Shown here: one piece after another, positions 39,297-51,391 of the stretch
How positions within the stretch are numbered: the first letter of the stretch is position 1
Layout of the letters: each line of letters starts with the position of its first letter
Sequence record: MN850590.1
Origin: Escherichia phage moha
DNA length: 64,000 nucleotides
Direction: 5' to 3' (one strand)
Notes under the pieces: model-generated
The model's input: only the letters and a program-made list of their open reading frames with translations
Databases searched by the model: none
Told to the model about the DNA's origin: nothing
Translations under genes and position numbers: made by a program

Positions 39297-40153
39297 AACA
39301 ATACCAATACCTGATTAAAGATATCTTAGAAAATGGCTACGAAACAGACGACCGTACAGGTACCGGCACTATTGCCCTGTTCGGAACTAAATTACGTTGG
39401 GATCTGACTAAAGGATTCCCTGCAGTAACAACTAAGAAATTAGCATGGAAAGCTTGTATTGCCGAGTTACTGTGGTTCATGTCTGGTTCTACCAATGTTA
39501 ATGATTTGCGTATTCGTACTCATGGTAGTCTTATTCAAGGTAAAACTATTTGGGACGACAACTATGAAAATCAGGCAAAAGACCTTGGATATCATAGCGG
39601 CGAACTTGGTCCTATTTATGGTAAGCAATGGCGTGATTTTGGTGGTGTAGACCAATTGGTCAAAACTATCGACCGTATTAAAGCTCTTCCTAATGATCGT
39701 CGTCAAATAGTTTCTGCATGGAACCCTGCCGAAATTGACCAAATGGCTCTTCCTCCTTGTCATATGTTCTATCAATTTAATGTGCGTAATGGACATCTTG
39801 ATTTACAATGGTATCAACGCAGTGTAGATGTTTTCTTGGGCCTGCCGTTCAACATTGCCTCGTACGCTGCCTTGACGCATATTGTAGCGAAGATGTGTAA
39901 CCTTATCCCAGGTGATTTAGTGTTCTCAGGCGGCAACACGCATATCTACAGCAATCATGTAGAACAATGCAAAGAAGTTCTTCGTCGTGAACCTAAAGAG
40001 TTATGTTCTCTTGAAATTAATTGGCCTAGTAATTTTGAGAATTGGCCTACAAAAATCCAAATGGACTGGGTTACCGGAACGATGACACATTCTGATTTCG
40101 TTCTTAAAAATTACGAATCTCATCCAGCTATCAAAGCTAAAATGGCGGTATAA
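39293..40153 (+). CDS. td: thymidylate synthase (intron-less)
   Basis: active-site PPCHMFYQF; 286 aa continuous. Confidence 0.92.
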   Translation: MKQYQYLIKDILENGYETDDRTGTGTIALFGTKLRWDLTKGFPAVTTKKLAWKACIAELLWFMSGSTNVNDLRIRTHGSLIQGKTIWDDNYENQAKDLGYHSGELGPIYGKQWRDFGGVDQLVKTIDRIKALPNDRRQIVSAWNPAEIDQMALPPCHMFYQFNVRNGHLDLQWYQRSVDVFLGLPFNIASYAALTHIVAKMCNLIPGDLVFSGGNTHIYSNHVEQCKEVLRREPKELCSLEINWPSNFENWPTKIQMDWVTGTMTHSDFVLKNYESHPAIKAKMAV

Positions 40154-40154
40154 A

Positions 40155-40409
40155 ATGATTTTACGTTTTATTAATTCATATGGCACCACAATTTTTGAAA
40201 TGAAAAATCCAAGTGAACTGGATATCCCTTCACCAAATAGTGAAATCACAGTTAAAGGTGAACGATTCATTTGTTATTCACATGAACGAATTTATGAATA
40301 TCGTGAATTCTGTGGTGGATTCGGTATAGAAAAAGAACCGTTGGTTTATTTTAATATCACGGTCTTGACTCCTAAAGAATACGAAGAAATTATTGCAGAG
40401 GACATGTAA
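40155..40409 (+). CDS. hypothetical protein (nrdA.2 position)
   Basis: 84 aa. Confidence 0.5.
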   Translation: MILRFINSYGTTIFEMKNPSELDIPSPNSEITVKGERFICYSHERIYEYREFCGGFGIEKEPLVYFNITVLTPKEYEEIIAEDM

Positions 40410-40714
40410 TGAAAATGTGCCGCGTTGTGAATAAATATAAATCCGATTTTGATGTTAATATTCATCGTGGCACATTCTGGGGAAATTATGTAGGCAAGGA
40501 TGCCTCTTCCCGAGAAGAAGCTATTGAGCTTTTCAAAAAGGATTTTATTAAGAGAATTAAGTGTGGAGAAATCACAAAAGCTCATCTAGAACCTTTACGT
40601 GGTATGCGTCTGGGATGCACATGTAAACCAAAAGCCTGTCATGGTGATATAATAGCTCTAGTGGTTAATAAACTTTTTAAAGACGAATTTAATATAGAGG
40701 ACATATGCAAGTAA
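40409..40714 (+). CDS. hypothetical protein (nrdA.1 position)
   Basis: 101 aa; overlaps nrdA start. Confidence 0.5.
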   Translation: MKMCRVVNKYKSDFDVNIHRGTFWGNYVGKDASSREEAIELFKKDFIKRIKCGEITKAHLEPLRGMRLGCTCKPKACHGDIIALVVNKLFKDEFNIEDICK

Positions 40715-42960
40715 CTAAGAGCAGTGGTGTATCACAAAATTTTGATGCACAGAAAATTATTCAAGTCTTAACTTGGCAATGTGAAGGAACACAAATTGAC
40801 CCATATGAATTGTATGAAGAAATTAAGACCCATCTTGTCGATGGGATGAGTACCAAAGATATTCAGAAGATTTGTATTAAAGTTGCAGCTAACTCGATTT
40901 CTGTCGAAGAACCTGATTATCAGTATGTCGCCGCCAAAGGGCTAATGTTTGCACTTCGTAAAGATGTATATGGCCAGTTTGAACCTCCTGCTTTTATCGA
41001 CCATATTTCTTACTGTGTTAATGAAGGCAAATACGATCCTGAGTTGTTGTCTCAATATTCAGCAGAAGAAATCATTTATCTCGATTCACAGATTAAACAT
41101 GAACGAGACTTTGACCTGACTTATGCTGGTGCTATGCAGCTTAAAGAAAAATATCTAGTTAAAGATAAAACAACTGGGAAGATTTATGAAACTCCACAGT
41201 TTGCTATCATGGCTATTGGCATGGCCTTACATCAAGACGAAACTCATGACCGTTTGAAACATATTATTCGTTTTTATGACGCCGTTTCTACTCATCAAGT
41301 TTCATTGCCTACTCCAATTATGGCAGGTGCTCGTACTCCAACTCGCCAGTTCTCTAGTTGTGTAGTTATTGAAGCCGGTGATTCGTTAAAATCTATTAAC
41401 AAAACTTCAGCATCAATTATTGAATATATTTCTAAACGAGCTGGTATTGGTATCAACGTTGGTATGCTTCGTGCAGAAGGTTCTAAGATCGGTATGGGTG
41501 AAGTTCGACATACAGGTGTTATTCCATTCTGGAAACATTTCCAAACTGCAGTAAAATCTTGTTCTCAAGGTGGTATTCGCGGTGGTGCTGCTACAGCGTA
41601 TTATCCGATGTGGCACTTAGAAGTAGAGAACCTATTAGTTCTGAAAAATAACAAAGGCGTGGATGAAAACCGTATTCGACATATGGACTACGGAATTCAG
41701 ATTAATGACCTTATGATGGAACGCCTTGGTAAAAATGATTATATTACTTTATTTAGCCCTCACGAAATGTCAGGCGAACTATACTACTCGTTCTTTGAAG
41801 ATCAAGATAAATTCCGTGAGCTTTATGAGAAAGCTGAAAAAGACCCGACAATCAGAAAGAAAAGAATCAAAGCACTAGAACTCTTTGAATTGTTCATGAC
41901 TGAACGTTCTGGCACTGCTCGAATTTATCCACAGTTTGTTGATAACACGAATAACTACACTCCATTTATTCGTGAAAAAGCTCCAATTCGTCAGAGTAAC
42001 TTATGTTGTGAAATCGCTATTCCAACTAATGATGTGAACGGTCCTGATGCTGAAATTGGTTTATGCACATTATCTGCTTTTGTATTAGATAAATTTGATT
42101 GGCAAGACCAAGATAAAATTAATGAACTTGCTGAAGTACAAGTACGTGCACTTGATAACCTGCTAGACTATCAAGATTATCCGGTTCCGGAAGCTTTAAA
42201 AGCTAAAAAGCGTCGAAATCTTGGTGTTGGTGTTACGAACTATGCTGCATGGTTAGCTTCTAACTTTGCTTCATATGAAGACGCTAACGATTTGACTCAT
42301 GAATTGTTTGAGAGATTGCAATATGGCCTTATCAAAGCTTCAATCAAACTCGCCAAAGAAAAAGGATGTTGCGAGTATTATTCAGACACTAAATGGTCTA
42401 GAGGCGAATTACCTATTGACTGGTACAATAAAAAGATTGACCAAATCGCGGCCCCGAACTACGTATGTGATTGGGAAGAACTTCGAGCTGAACTCAAAGA
42501 ACATGGAATTCGTAACTCAACGTTGTCTGCACTCATGCCTTGTGAGTCAAGCAGTCAAGTATCAAACTCTACAAACGGGATTGAACCGCCGCGTGGTCCA
42601 GTGAGTATTAAAGAATCTAAAGAAGGCAACTTCCGTCAGGTTGTTCCTAATATCGAACATAACATGGGTCTTTACGACTACGCGTGGAAACTTGCTAAGA
42701 AAGGTAATAAACCTTATTTGACCCAAGTTGCTATCATGTTGAAATGGGTGTGCCAATCTGCTTCTGCTAATACTTACTATGACCCTGCAGTATTTGAGAA
42801 AGGTAAAGTGCCAATGTCAGTAATGCTTGACGATCTGCTTTACTTCTGGTACTTTGGCGGAAAAAACCTCTACTATCATAACACTCGTGATGGGTCTGGT
42901 ACAGACGACTATGAATTAGAAACACCTAAAGCAGAAGATTGTTCTGCTTGTAAGCTTTAA
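40705..42960 (+). CDS. nrdA: ribonucleotide reductase class Ia large subunit
   Basis: 751 aa; active-site SNLCCEIA; C-terminal Cys pair. Confidence 0.95.
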   Translation: MQVTKSSGVSQNFDAQKIIQVLTWQCEGTQIDPYELYEEIKTHLVDGMSTKDIQKICIKVAANSISVEEPDYQYVAAKGLMFALRKDVYGQFEPPAFIDHISYCVNEGKYDPELLSQYSAEEIIYLDSQIKHERDFDLTYAGAMQLKEKYLVKDKTTGKIYETPQFAIMAIGMALHQDETHDRLKHIIRFYDAVSTHQVSLPTPIMAGARTPTRQFSSCVVIEAGDSLKSINKTSASIIEYISKRAGIGINVGMLRAEGSKIGMGEVRHTGVIPFWKHFQTAVKSCSQGGIRGGAATAYYPMWHLEVENLLVLKNNKGVDENRIRHMDYGIQINDLMMERLGKNDYITLFSPHEMSGELYYSFFEDQDKFRELYEKAEKDPTIRKKRIKALELFELFMTERSGTARIYPQFVDNTNNYTPFIREKAPIRQSNLCCEIAIPTNDVNGPDAEIGLCTLSAFVLDKFDWQDQDKINELAEVQVRALDNLLDYQDYPVPEALKAKKRRNLGVGVTNYAAWLASNFASYEDANDLTHELFERLQYGLIKASIKLAKEKGCCEYYSDTKWSRGELPIDWYNKKIDQIAAPNYVCDWEELRAELKEHGIRNSTLSALMPCESSSQVSNSTNGIEPPRGPVSIKESKEGNFRQVVPNIEHNMGLYDYAWKLAKKGNKPYLTQVAIMLKWVCQSASANTYYDPAVFEKGKVPMSVMLDDLLYFWYFGGKNLYYHNTRDGSGTDDYELETPKAEDCSACKL

Positions 42961-43014
42961 GACTTTTTATTATAATTTACTCATGGATGAGTTAATAACT
43001 AAGTGAGAAATATA

Positions 43015-44193
43015 ATGAGTACAGTTTTTAACACACAACAAGTCGATGTTTTGAATGAACCGATGTTCTTTGGTTCTGGTCTTGGCCTCGCACGGTATGA
43101 TATTCAGCGTCATAAAGTTTTTGAAGAGCTTATCGAAAAGCAGCTCTCGTTCTTTTGGCGTCCCGAGGAAGTAAACTTGATGTTGGATTCGGCCCAGTTT
43201 AATAAGCTTCCACAGTTCCAACAGGACATCTTTACCAACAACCTTAAGTATCAATCATTATTAGATTCTATCCAAGGTAGAGCACCATCTGCGGTACTTA
43301 TGTCATTGCTTTCAGACCCTTCATTAGATACATGGGTTGCTACATGGACTTTCAGTGAAACTATTCACTCTCGTTCATATACTCATATTATGCGAAATCT
43401 TTATACAGATCCATCGAAGGTGTTTGATGAGATTGTATTAGATGAAGCTATTATGAAGCGTGCCGAATCTATCGGACGATATTATGATGATGTTCTGGTT
43501 AAAGCTCGTTATTGGGAAAACGCTAAAGCTGATATCGAATACCAAAAAGAAATTAATGCAGACGAAGACGTTATTGAAGATGCTATTGAGCATGAGACAT
43601 ATTGGAAGCGTGAGCTAATGAAATCTCTTTACCTCTGTTTGCACGTTATTAATGCCTTAGAAGCTATTCGTTTTTATGTATCTTTCGCATGCACCTTTAA
43701 CTTCCACAAGAATATGGAAATCATGGAAGGTAATGCCAAGATTATGAAGTTCATTGCTCGTGATGAACAGCTCCACCTCAAGGGCACTCAATATATTATT
43801 CGTGCTTTACAAGATGGCGAAGACGGTGATGAATGGGTCAAAATTGCTCAAGAGTGTGAACAAGAAGCAGTTGATATTTTCATGGAAGTTAACGCTCAAG
43901 AAAAAGAATGGGCTGAACACTTGTTTAAAGATGGTGCTCTTCCAGGTCTAAATGTTAAAATCCTAAGTGAATTTGTGGATTATCTTACCGTGTCTCGTAT
44001 GCGTAGTTGTGGTCTGCCATGTCCTCTTAAAGACGTATCAACTCGTCATCCTATTCCATGGATTCGTGAGTATTTGAACTCTGATTTGGTTCAAGCAGCC
44101 CCACAAGAAGTTGAAATTAGTTCTTATCTTGTCGCACAAATTGATAATGATGTAGACCAAAATGTAATCAATTCATACAAAAAATATTTCTAA
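43015..44193 (+). CDS. nrdB: ribonucleotide reductase class Ia small subunit (intron-less)
   Basis: diiron ligand motifs incl. ETIHSRSY; start at ATG 43015 (ORF-track start is GTG). Confidence 0.92.
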   Translation: MSTVFNTQQVDVLNEPMFFGSGLGLARYDIQRHKVFEELIEKQLSFFWRPEEVNLMLDSAQFNKLPQFQQDIFTNNLKYQSLLDSIQGRAPSAVLMSLLSDPSLDTWVATWTFSETIHSRSYTHIMRNLYTDPSKVFDEIVLDEAIMKRAESIGRYYDDVLVKARYWENAKADIEYQKEINADEDVIEDAIEHETYWKRELMKSLYLCLHVINALEAIRFYVSFACTFNFHKNMEIMEGNAKIMKFIARDEQLHLKGTQYIIRALQDGEDGDEWVKIAQECEQEAVDIFMEVNAQEKEWAEHLFKDGALPGLNVKILSEFVDYLTVSRMRSCGLPCPLKDVSTRHPIPWIREYLNSDLVQAAPQEVEISSYLVAQIDNDVDQNVINSYKKYF

Positions 44194-44197
44194 GGAC

Positions 44198-44218
44198 GGG
44201 ACTTCGGTCCCACTTTAT
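44198..44218 (+). terminator. hairpin (UUCG loop) after nrdB, weak T-run
   Basis: ggga-cttcgg-tccc. Confidence 0.45.
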
Positions 44219-44219
44219 T

Positions 44220-44630
44220 ATGAAAGATATCGCCGCCGAATATTCCTTTATTAAATATACAGAATTGGAGCTATTAGAAGATGCAACAATTAAAACAGTT
44301 GATGTCCCTAATAAGAAAAATGTCATATATGCTATTGCTATAGATGACGAACTTGTGTATATTGGTAAAACCAAGAATTTAAAGAAACGCATTAACTATT
44401 ATCGAACAGCCATAAATCGAAAAGACCAGACTTCAGATTCAAGAAAATCACTTATGATTTTGGATGCCTTAATGCAAGGCAAAAAGGTTGAATTCTGGGC
44501 CCGCCAATGTTTTGACCTTTCAGTCACCAACGAACTTGGTTCAATGACCATCGCAACAATGGACCTTGAAGAACCGCTTTTTATCAAAAAGTTCAACCCG
44601 CCTTGGAATATCCAACATAAGAAAAAGTAG
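44220..44630 (+). CDS. denA: endonuclease II (GIY-YIG)
   Basis: GIY-YIG core VIYAIAIDDELVYIGKTKNL; 136 aa. Confidence 0.85.
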   Translation: MKDIAAEYSFIKYTELELLEDATIKTVDVPNKKNVIYAIAIDDELVYIGKTKNLKKRINYYRTAINRKDQTSDSRKSLMILDALMQGKKVEFWARQCFDLSVTNELGSMTIATMDLEEPLFIKKFNPPWNIQHKKK

Positions 44631-44659
44631 TTTACATACCACAAGGATTGTGGTACAAT
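44630..44659 (+). promoter_or_regulatory. T4-type early promoter
   Basis: GTTTACA, TACAAT. Confidence 0.5.
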
Positions 44660-44678
44660 TTAAAAAAAAACTAACTGA

Positions 44679-45812
<1,134 letters not shown>

Positions 45813-45814
45813 TG

Positions 45815-45844
45815 GTTTACAAACACCAAGGATGGTGATACTAT
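45815..45844 (+). promoter_or_regulatory. T4-type early promoter
   Basis: GTTTACA, spacer palindrome caccaaggatggtg, TACTAT. Confidence 0.55.
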
Positions 45845-45873
45845 GGGTTTATCAACAACACGAGGAGAAAATT

Positions 45874-46374
45874 ATGAATATGCAATTGATTACTAACGAT
45901 ATGGTCGTAAACGCTTTTGGAGACACAACTGACGGAATCCGGGTCTTTAAGAAAGGACGTCCAGTTGGTTATCTTACTGACCTACGTGTTACACTGGCCA
46001 AAAATCTTAAAAAGAAAGTAAAACAAAAAGAGTATTCAACCCGATACGCTGAAGAGAAACGCGAAGCGATGCCAGAAGCAGTTAATGCTATGGTAGAATT
46101 TCTTCAAAACAATTTGACTAAATATGACGCTAATGTGTTCATTAATATTAGTCAACCAAACGTACATATCGCAGGTATCAAATTCTATATTATTTGCGAC
46201 CCTCTTACCGACAAATTCAACCGTCTCGGAATTTCAAGTCCATATCATACAGCAGAAGAGTTGTGTGTATTGTTTGAATCGTACAAAATCCAGTGTGATG
46301 GTTTGAAAACCGTTCTTATCAATGGATTATCCCGAGATGAAATCATTGAGATTATTAAAACATGCTTAAAGTAA
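45874..46374 (+). CDS. alc: Alc (host transcription shut-off) -like protein
   Basis: about 166 aa from ATG 45874; position between rnlA and spanins. Confidence 0.6.
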   Translation: MNMQLITNDMVVNAFGDTTDGIRVFKKGRPVGYLTDLRVTLAKNLKKKVKQKEYSTRYAEEKREAMPEAVNAMVEFLQNNLTKYDANVFINISQPNVHIAGIKFYIICDPLTDKFNRLGISSPYHTAEELCVLFESYKIQCDGLKTVLINGLSRDEIIEIIKTCLK

Positions 46375-46718
46375 ATCCTATTTACGCTATAGTAGCAGCT
46401 TTTGCTCTAGTTTCTACGGTAACAATAGTTGTCTTAAACAACAAAGTTGATTCGTTGAATACTGAATTAGCTTCTGTCAAAGAGACTGCTAAAAACAATG
46501 CTAAAGTATTAGATGACTTCAAGGTTCAATATCAGTCAATCGAAGAAATGACTTATAAGAACCGTGTTTTAGTTGACCAACTTAAGGCCGAAAATGAAAA
46601 GCTCCGTAAGGATTCGAAGAAGAAGAACGTGGTGGCAAGTAAGCCAGGATTGGTCGAAAAACAAATCAACAGGTCCTTCGATTCCTTTGCAGAAGACCTC
46701 AGGAAGCTCTCAGAATGA
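46362..46718 (+). CDS. i-spanin (inner-membrane spanin, PseT.3-like)
   Basis: N-terminal TM helix then coiled-coil periplasmic domain; 118 aa. Confidence 0.7.
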   Translation: MLKVNPIYAIVAAFALVSTVTIVVLNNKVDSLNTELASVKETAKNNAKVLDDFKVQYQSIEEMTYKNRVLVDQLKAENEKLRKDSKKKNVVASKPGLVEKQINRSFDSFAEDLRKLSE

Positions 46719-47005
46719 TTAAATTAACTGTGGCTGTATTATCTATTGGTCTCCTAGTTGGATGTACTCAGGATGTGCCAGTAAGCCCTAAAGAAACTTT
46801 ACATCCTTCATGGCCTACGCCTATTTCCGAATATAACCAGAAATGGCAAGTAAAGGTTATTGATGGTAACCCATGGGTTGGAATGCCGTTTGAAGACTCT
46901 CAAGAATTTCGTATCTGGTTAAACGACGTAAAAAGATATATACATGACCAGAAGACTATGTTATGTTATTATCGTAGTGGTTTAAAAGAGGAAAAATGCC
47001 AATGA
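46715..47005 (+). CDS. o-spanin (outer-membrane lipoprotein spanin, PseT.2-like)
   Basis: signal peptide with lipobox LLVGC; ATGA overlap with i-spanin. Confidence 0.7.
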   Translation: MIKLTVAVLSIGLLVGCTQDVPVSPKETLHPSWPTPISEYNQKWQVKVIDGNPWVGMPFEDSQEFRIWLNDVKRYIHDQKTMLCYYRSGLKEEKCQ

Positions 47006-47220
47006 CTAAAGAACAGCATGAATACATTAAAGGGCTTATCTATGAATCTGAAATGGCGGCTATGATTTATGGACGCCAGATTCAACGATTAGAATCTTTG
47101 CCTCCGACTAATGACCGCTTGTTAGTTCAGTCTCGTGCTAATCTGAAAAATGAATATCAGAATAAGTGGGCAGTAGCGACTAAAGCTCTTCATGAGTATA
47201 TTGAATCTTTAGTAAAATAG
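46996..47220 (+). CDS. hypothetical protein
   Basis: 74 aa. Confidence 0.45.
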   Translation: MPMTKEQHEYIKGLIYESEMAAMIYGRQIQRLESLPPTNDRLLVQSRANLKNEYQNKWAVATKALHEYIESLVK

Positions 47221-47249
47221 TTTACAAACTCTCGGGAGCAGAGTATAAT
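47220..47249 (+). promoter_or_regulatory. T4-type early promoter
   Basis: GTTTACA, TATAAT flanked by palindrome gggagca/tgctcc. Confidence 0.6.
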
Positions 47250-47277
47250 GCTCCTATGGATAATTGAGGAAATCTAA

Positions 47278-47576
47278 ATGAAAACATTACTAGAGAATTA
47301 CATCAAACGGTCTGATGAGTATATTGATATCTGCCGTGGAATGACACTTGTAGATTATGACAAAGATGCAGCAAAGGCACTAGATGAAGCAGGTAAAGCT
47401 CTTCGTAAAGCTGCTAAAGAAAAAGGGTTGGATTTGCAACAACTCAAAAGTCATATGATTAAATTTATTTCTTCAAACGTTAGAAGTACGTCAATTAATA
47501 AAAACGTTGCTGAAATTAATAAAGACCGGCGCGAACTCAACATTCGTATTCTTGAAGCTTTCTTAGGAATCAAATA

Positions 47577-47577
<1 letters not shown>
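47278..47577 (+). CDS. hypothetical protein
   Basis: 99 aa. Confidence 0.5.
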
Positions 47578-48664
<1,087 letters not shown>

Positions 48665-48856
48665 ATGAAACGATTATATGAAGTGATTGAGGCCATCGAA
48701 CATCATAAAGAATATTTGTTTGTAGCCTGGCCTTTAGTAAATGGACAGTTCGGTATTGATGTGCTGGACTATGAGCATGAAGAACGTTTGGACGGCGGTA
48801 TATTTGATAACGTCGACCAGGCAATTGAATGGTTAAATGAAAACTATGTACGATAA
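48665..48856 (+). CDS. hypothetical protein
   Basis: 63 aa. Confidence 0.4.
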   Translation: MKRLYEVIEAIEHHKEYLFVAWPLVNGQFGIDVLDYEHEERLDGGIFDNVDQAIEWLNENYVR

Positions 48857-49061
48857 ACATCATGAAATCGAAGATGAAGCATACAAAATGCTTCGTAAAC
48901 TAGTGGGACTTAATATGAGTCCTACATTAATCAACAAACTCGCAGGAATTCGTAATGATCTGAATACTCGTTACAAAGGTGAATATCATGTAGAGTTTGT
49001 TCCTGTAGGTGAACCAACCGAGCGATTTGTTGTTCGAGTTAAAGTAAATACTGTGCACTGA
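48837..49061 (+). CDS. hypothetical protein
   Basis: 74 aa. Confidence 0.4.
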   Translation: MKTMYDKHHEIEDEAYKMLRKLVGLNMSPTLINKLAGIRNDLNTRYKGEYHVEFVPVGEPTERFVVRVKVNTVH

Positions 49062-49068
49062 GGTAATT

Positions 49069-49344
49069 ATGTTCCCAACTTATTCTGAAATTGTAAAGGT
49101 AGTCTTCAGTCAGATTATTGCTAATAATATGTTTGAAGTGCTTGATAATGCAGCCGAACTCAGAGTTCATGCTCAAGTAACTCATGTACTTAATGCTTTG
49201 CTCCCAGACCAAGTAGATTCTATTGCTATTACTCTTCTCCCTGGATCTGCACACGTCATCGTGGTATTTGATCTTGACGGCGATTTAGTTATCCAATGTG
49301 ATATCAATTTCGGTACACAAAAAATTGAATGCAAAGCAATTTAA
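49069..49344 (+). CDS. hypothetical protein
   Basis: 91 aa. Confidence 0.45.
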   Translation: MFPTYSEIVKVVFSQIIANNMFEVLDNAAELRVHAQVTHVLNALLPDQVDSIAITLLPGSAHVIVVFDLDGDLVIQCDINFGTQKIECKAI

Positions 49345-49346
49345 TG

Positions 49347-49376
49347 GTTTACAACGCGGTGGAGTTGTGATATGAT
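49347..49376 (+). promoter_or_regulatory. T4-type early promoter
   Basis: GTTTACA, 18 bp spacer, TATGAT. Confidence 0.5.
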
Positions 49377-49405
49377 TAACTCTACCGACAAATGAGGAAA
49401 TCGAA

Positions 49406-49642
49406 ATGCTAAGTGAAAACCCAATTACAGTACACGAATTTCAGATTAAAGTAAAAGAATTTGCTCAAGCACTCATCAATAAAGTGTCTGAACGTTTCCA
49501 AGATGCAACATTACGAGTTATTCAAGAATCTCCACGTTCTTTTCTCATAATCGTTAATCCTAAAGATGGTGACCAGATTACTAGCCTTAAATTAGGCAGT
49601 GACGGTTTAGTTGAAGCAACTCGCGTATACGGAACACTATAA
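49406..49642 (+). CDS. hypothetical protein
   Basis: 78 aa. Confidence 0.45.
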   Translation: MLSENPITVHEFQIKVKEFAQALINKVSERFQDATLRVIQESPRSFLIIVNPKDGDQITSLKLGSDGLVEATRVYGTL

Positions 49643-50223
49643 TGAAAGCTAGCACATATCTTCAGATTGCTTATCTGATTTCTCAAGAATCAAAATGTTG
49701 TTCATGGAAAGTTGGTGCGGTCATCGAAAAGGATGGGCGCATTATCTCTACGGGTTATAATGGGTCTCCTTCAGGTGGTACAAACTGTTGTGACCATGCT
49801 ACCGAACAAGGTTGGTTGAAGAATAAACCAAGCCCGGTCATCGTTGCTGGGCATAAAGAAGGCACTACAGCATTTGGACGGGTGGATAATTTTGTTTTGG
49901 CTAAAGAACATCGGGCCGCTCATAGTGCATGGTCTGCTAATAACGAAATCCATGCTGAATTGAATGCAATTTTGTTTGCAGCTCGTAAAGGTAATTCTAT
50001 TGAAGGTGCTACGTTATATACGACACTTTCTCCATGTCCTGATTGCACTAAAGCTATCACACAGTCAGGCATTAAAAAGGTTGTATATGCAGAATTATAT
50101 GACCGGTCTCCTGAAAATTGGGCAGACATTCTAAAACAAGCTGGTATTGAAGTAATTCAGTACTCTCGTAATAATCTTCGTTCTCTGAATTGGGAACAAA
50201 TTCGAAACTTTTGTGGTGAATAA
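49642..50223 (+). CDS. cd: dCMP deaminase
   Basis: zinc-binding HAELNAI and PCPDC; 193 aa. Confidence 0.9.
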   Translation: MKASTYLQIAYLISQESKCCSWKVGAVIEKDGRIISTGYNGSPSGGTNCCDHATEQGWLKNKPSPVIVAGHKEGTTAFGRVDNFVLAKEHRAAHSAWSANNEIHAELNAILFAARKGNSIEGATLYTTLSPCPDCTKAITQSGIKKVVYAELYDRSPENWADILKQAGIEVIQYSRNNLRSLNWEQIRNFCGE

Positions 50224-50224
50224 T

Positions 50225-50521
50225 ATGATTTTAACTGAACAAGAGACTATGGTTCTTCGTGAACGTATTAAAACTATTCTGTCTGTAGGAGTTCATTGTG
50301 TTGTATTTGAAAAGGCTAACGGTGAGGTACGCACTATGTTTGCTTCTCGCGATGAACTTGAAGTCAAATATGAAAATAACAATCCGGCAACAGAAGTTCG
50401 TTCTGAACCTCGTGAATCAGTTCGAGCATTCGATACCAAGTTAGGTCAGTGGCGTTCTTTCCGCCTTGATAAAGTAATTTCGGTTGATGGTACTCCGGTA
50501 GAACGTTTGCTTCTTATGTAA
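50225..50521 (+). CDS. hypothetical protein
   Basis: first ATG of ORF-track 50213..50521. Confidence 0.45.
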   Translation: MILTEQETMVLRERIKTILSVGVHCVVFEKANGEVRTMFASRDELEVKYENNNPATEVRSEPRESVRAFDTKLGQWRSFRLDKVISVDGTPVERLLLM

Positions 50522-50549
50522 TATGCTTTACGAATAGTATGGTATTATT
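50522..50549 (+). promoter_or_regulatory. middle promoter-like element (MotA box)
   Basis: ATGCTTTA then about 13 bp then TATTAT; upstream of gene 31. Confidence 0.45.
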
Positions 50550-50578
50550 AATCTATCGTCAAACAACAAGGAAATAAG

Positions 50579-50911
50579 ATGTCTGAAGTACAACTCCCAA
50601 TTCGTGCTGTTGGTGAATATGTCATTCTGGTTTCTGAACCCGCTCAAGCAGGTGATGAAGAAGTTACCGAATCAGGACTTGTGATTGGTAAACGTGTTCA
50701 AGGTGAAGTTCCTGAACTATGTGTAGTTCATTCTGTAGGTCCTGATGTTCCTGAAGGTTTTGTTGAAGTCGGTGATTTGACTCCACTACCAGTTGGACAA
50801 ATTCGAAATGTTCCACATCCATTTGTGGCTTTGGGACTTAAACAACCTAAAGAAATTAAACAGAAATTCGTAACATGCCATTATAAAGCTATTCCGTGTC
50901 TTTATAAGTGA
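50579..50911 (+). CDS. 31: gp31 co-chaperonin (GroES-like)
   Basis: 110 aa; close match to T4 gp31 as remembered. Confidence 0.85.
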   Translation: MSEVQLPIRAVGEYVILVSEPAQAGDEEVTESGLVIGKRVQGEVPELCVVHSVGPDVPEGFVEVGDLTPLPVGQIRNVPHPFVALGLKQPKEIKQKFVTCHYKAIPCLYK

Positions 50912-51035
50912 TATAAATAACTATATGAAGAGAACACTCTTCTAAGCGGTAGCCTACAACTGAGAGACTTGTCGAAAGAAGGTGAAATTCAGACGAACGT
51001 GGCTACTAAATATTATCTCGAATTGAGAATTTAAA

Positions 51036-51284
51036 ATGATTAAACAATTACAACACGCTCTTGAACTGCAACGTAACGCATGGAATAATGGTCACGAAAA
51101 CTACGGCGCGTCGATTGATGTTGAAGCCGAAGCACTGGAAATCCTGCATTATTTCAAACATCTGAACCCGGTACAGGCAGCTTTGGCCTCTGAACTGGAA
51201 GCAAAAGATGAACTGAAATATGCTAAGCCTTTGGCTTCTGCAGCTCGTAAAGCAGTACGTCATTTTGTTATTACCCTAAAGTAA
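51036..51284 (+). CDS. rIII: rIII lysis-inhibition accessory protein
   Basis: 82 aa, same as T4 rIII; position after gene 31. Confidence 0.75.
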   Translation: MIKQLQHALELQRNAWNNGHENYGASIDVEAEALEILHYFKHLNPVQAALASELEAKDELKYAKPLASAARKAVRHFVITLK

Positions 51285-51315
51285 GTTAAATCGAGGAGCC
51301 GTCGAACTGTCTGAT

Positions 51316-51335
51316 TAATGATTTGCGAATCATTA
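51316..51335 (+). other. stable hairpin (8 bp stem, 4-nt loop)
   Basis: taatgatt-tgcg-aatcatta just downstream of rIII. Confidence 0.4.
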
Positions 51336-51362
51336 TAGTTTTAAGTCCCCGGCAGTTTTACG

Positions 51363-51391
51363 GTGTACCTCTTGAATGTATTTTGTACTAT
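51363..51391 (+). promoter_or_regulatory. T4-type early promoter with long leader
   Basis: GTGTAC, 17 bp spacer, TACTAT; about 155 nt before the next ATG. Confidence 0.45.

Noticed and set aside
39293-44193. Search for group I introns or homing endonuclease ORFs in td, nrdA and nrdB
   Set aside because: All three genes are continuous ORFs of the expected exon length and no endonuclease ORF is present.
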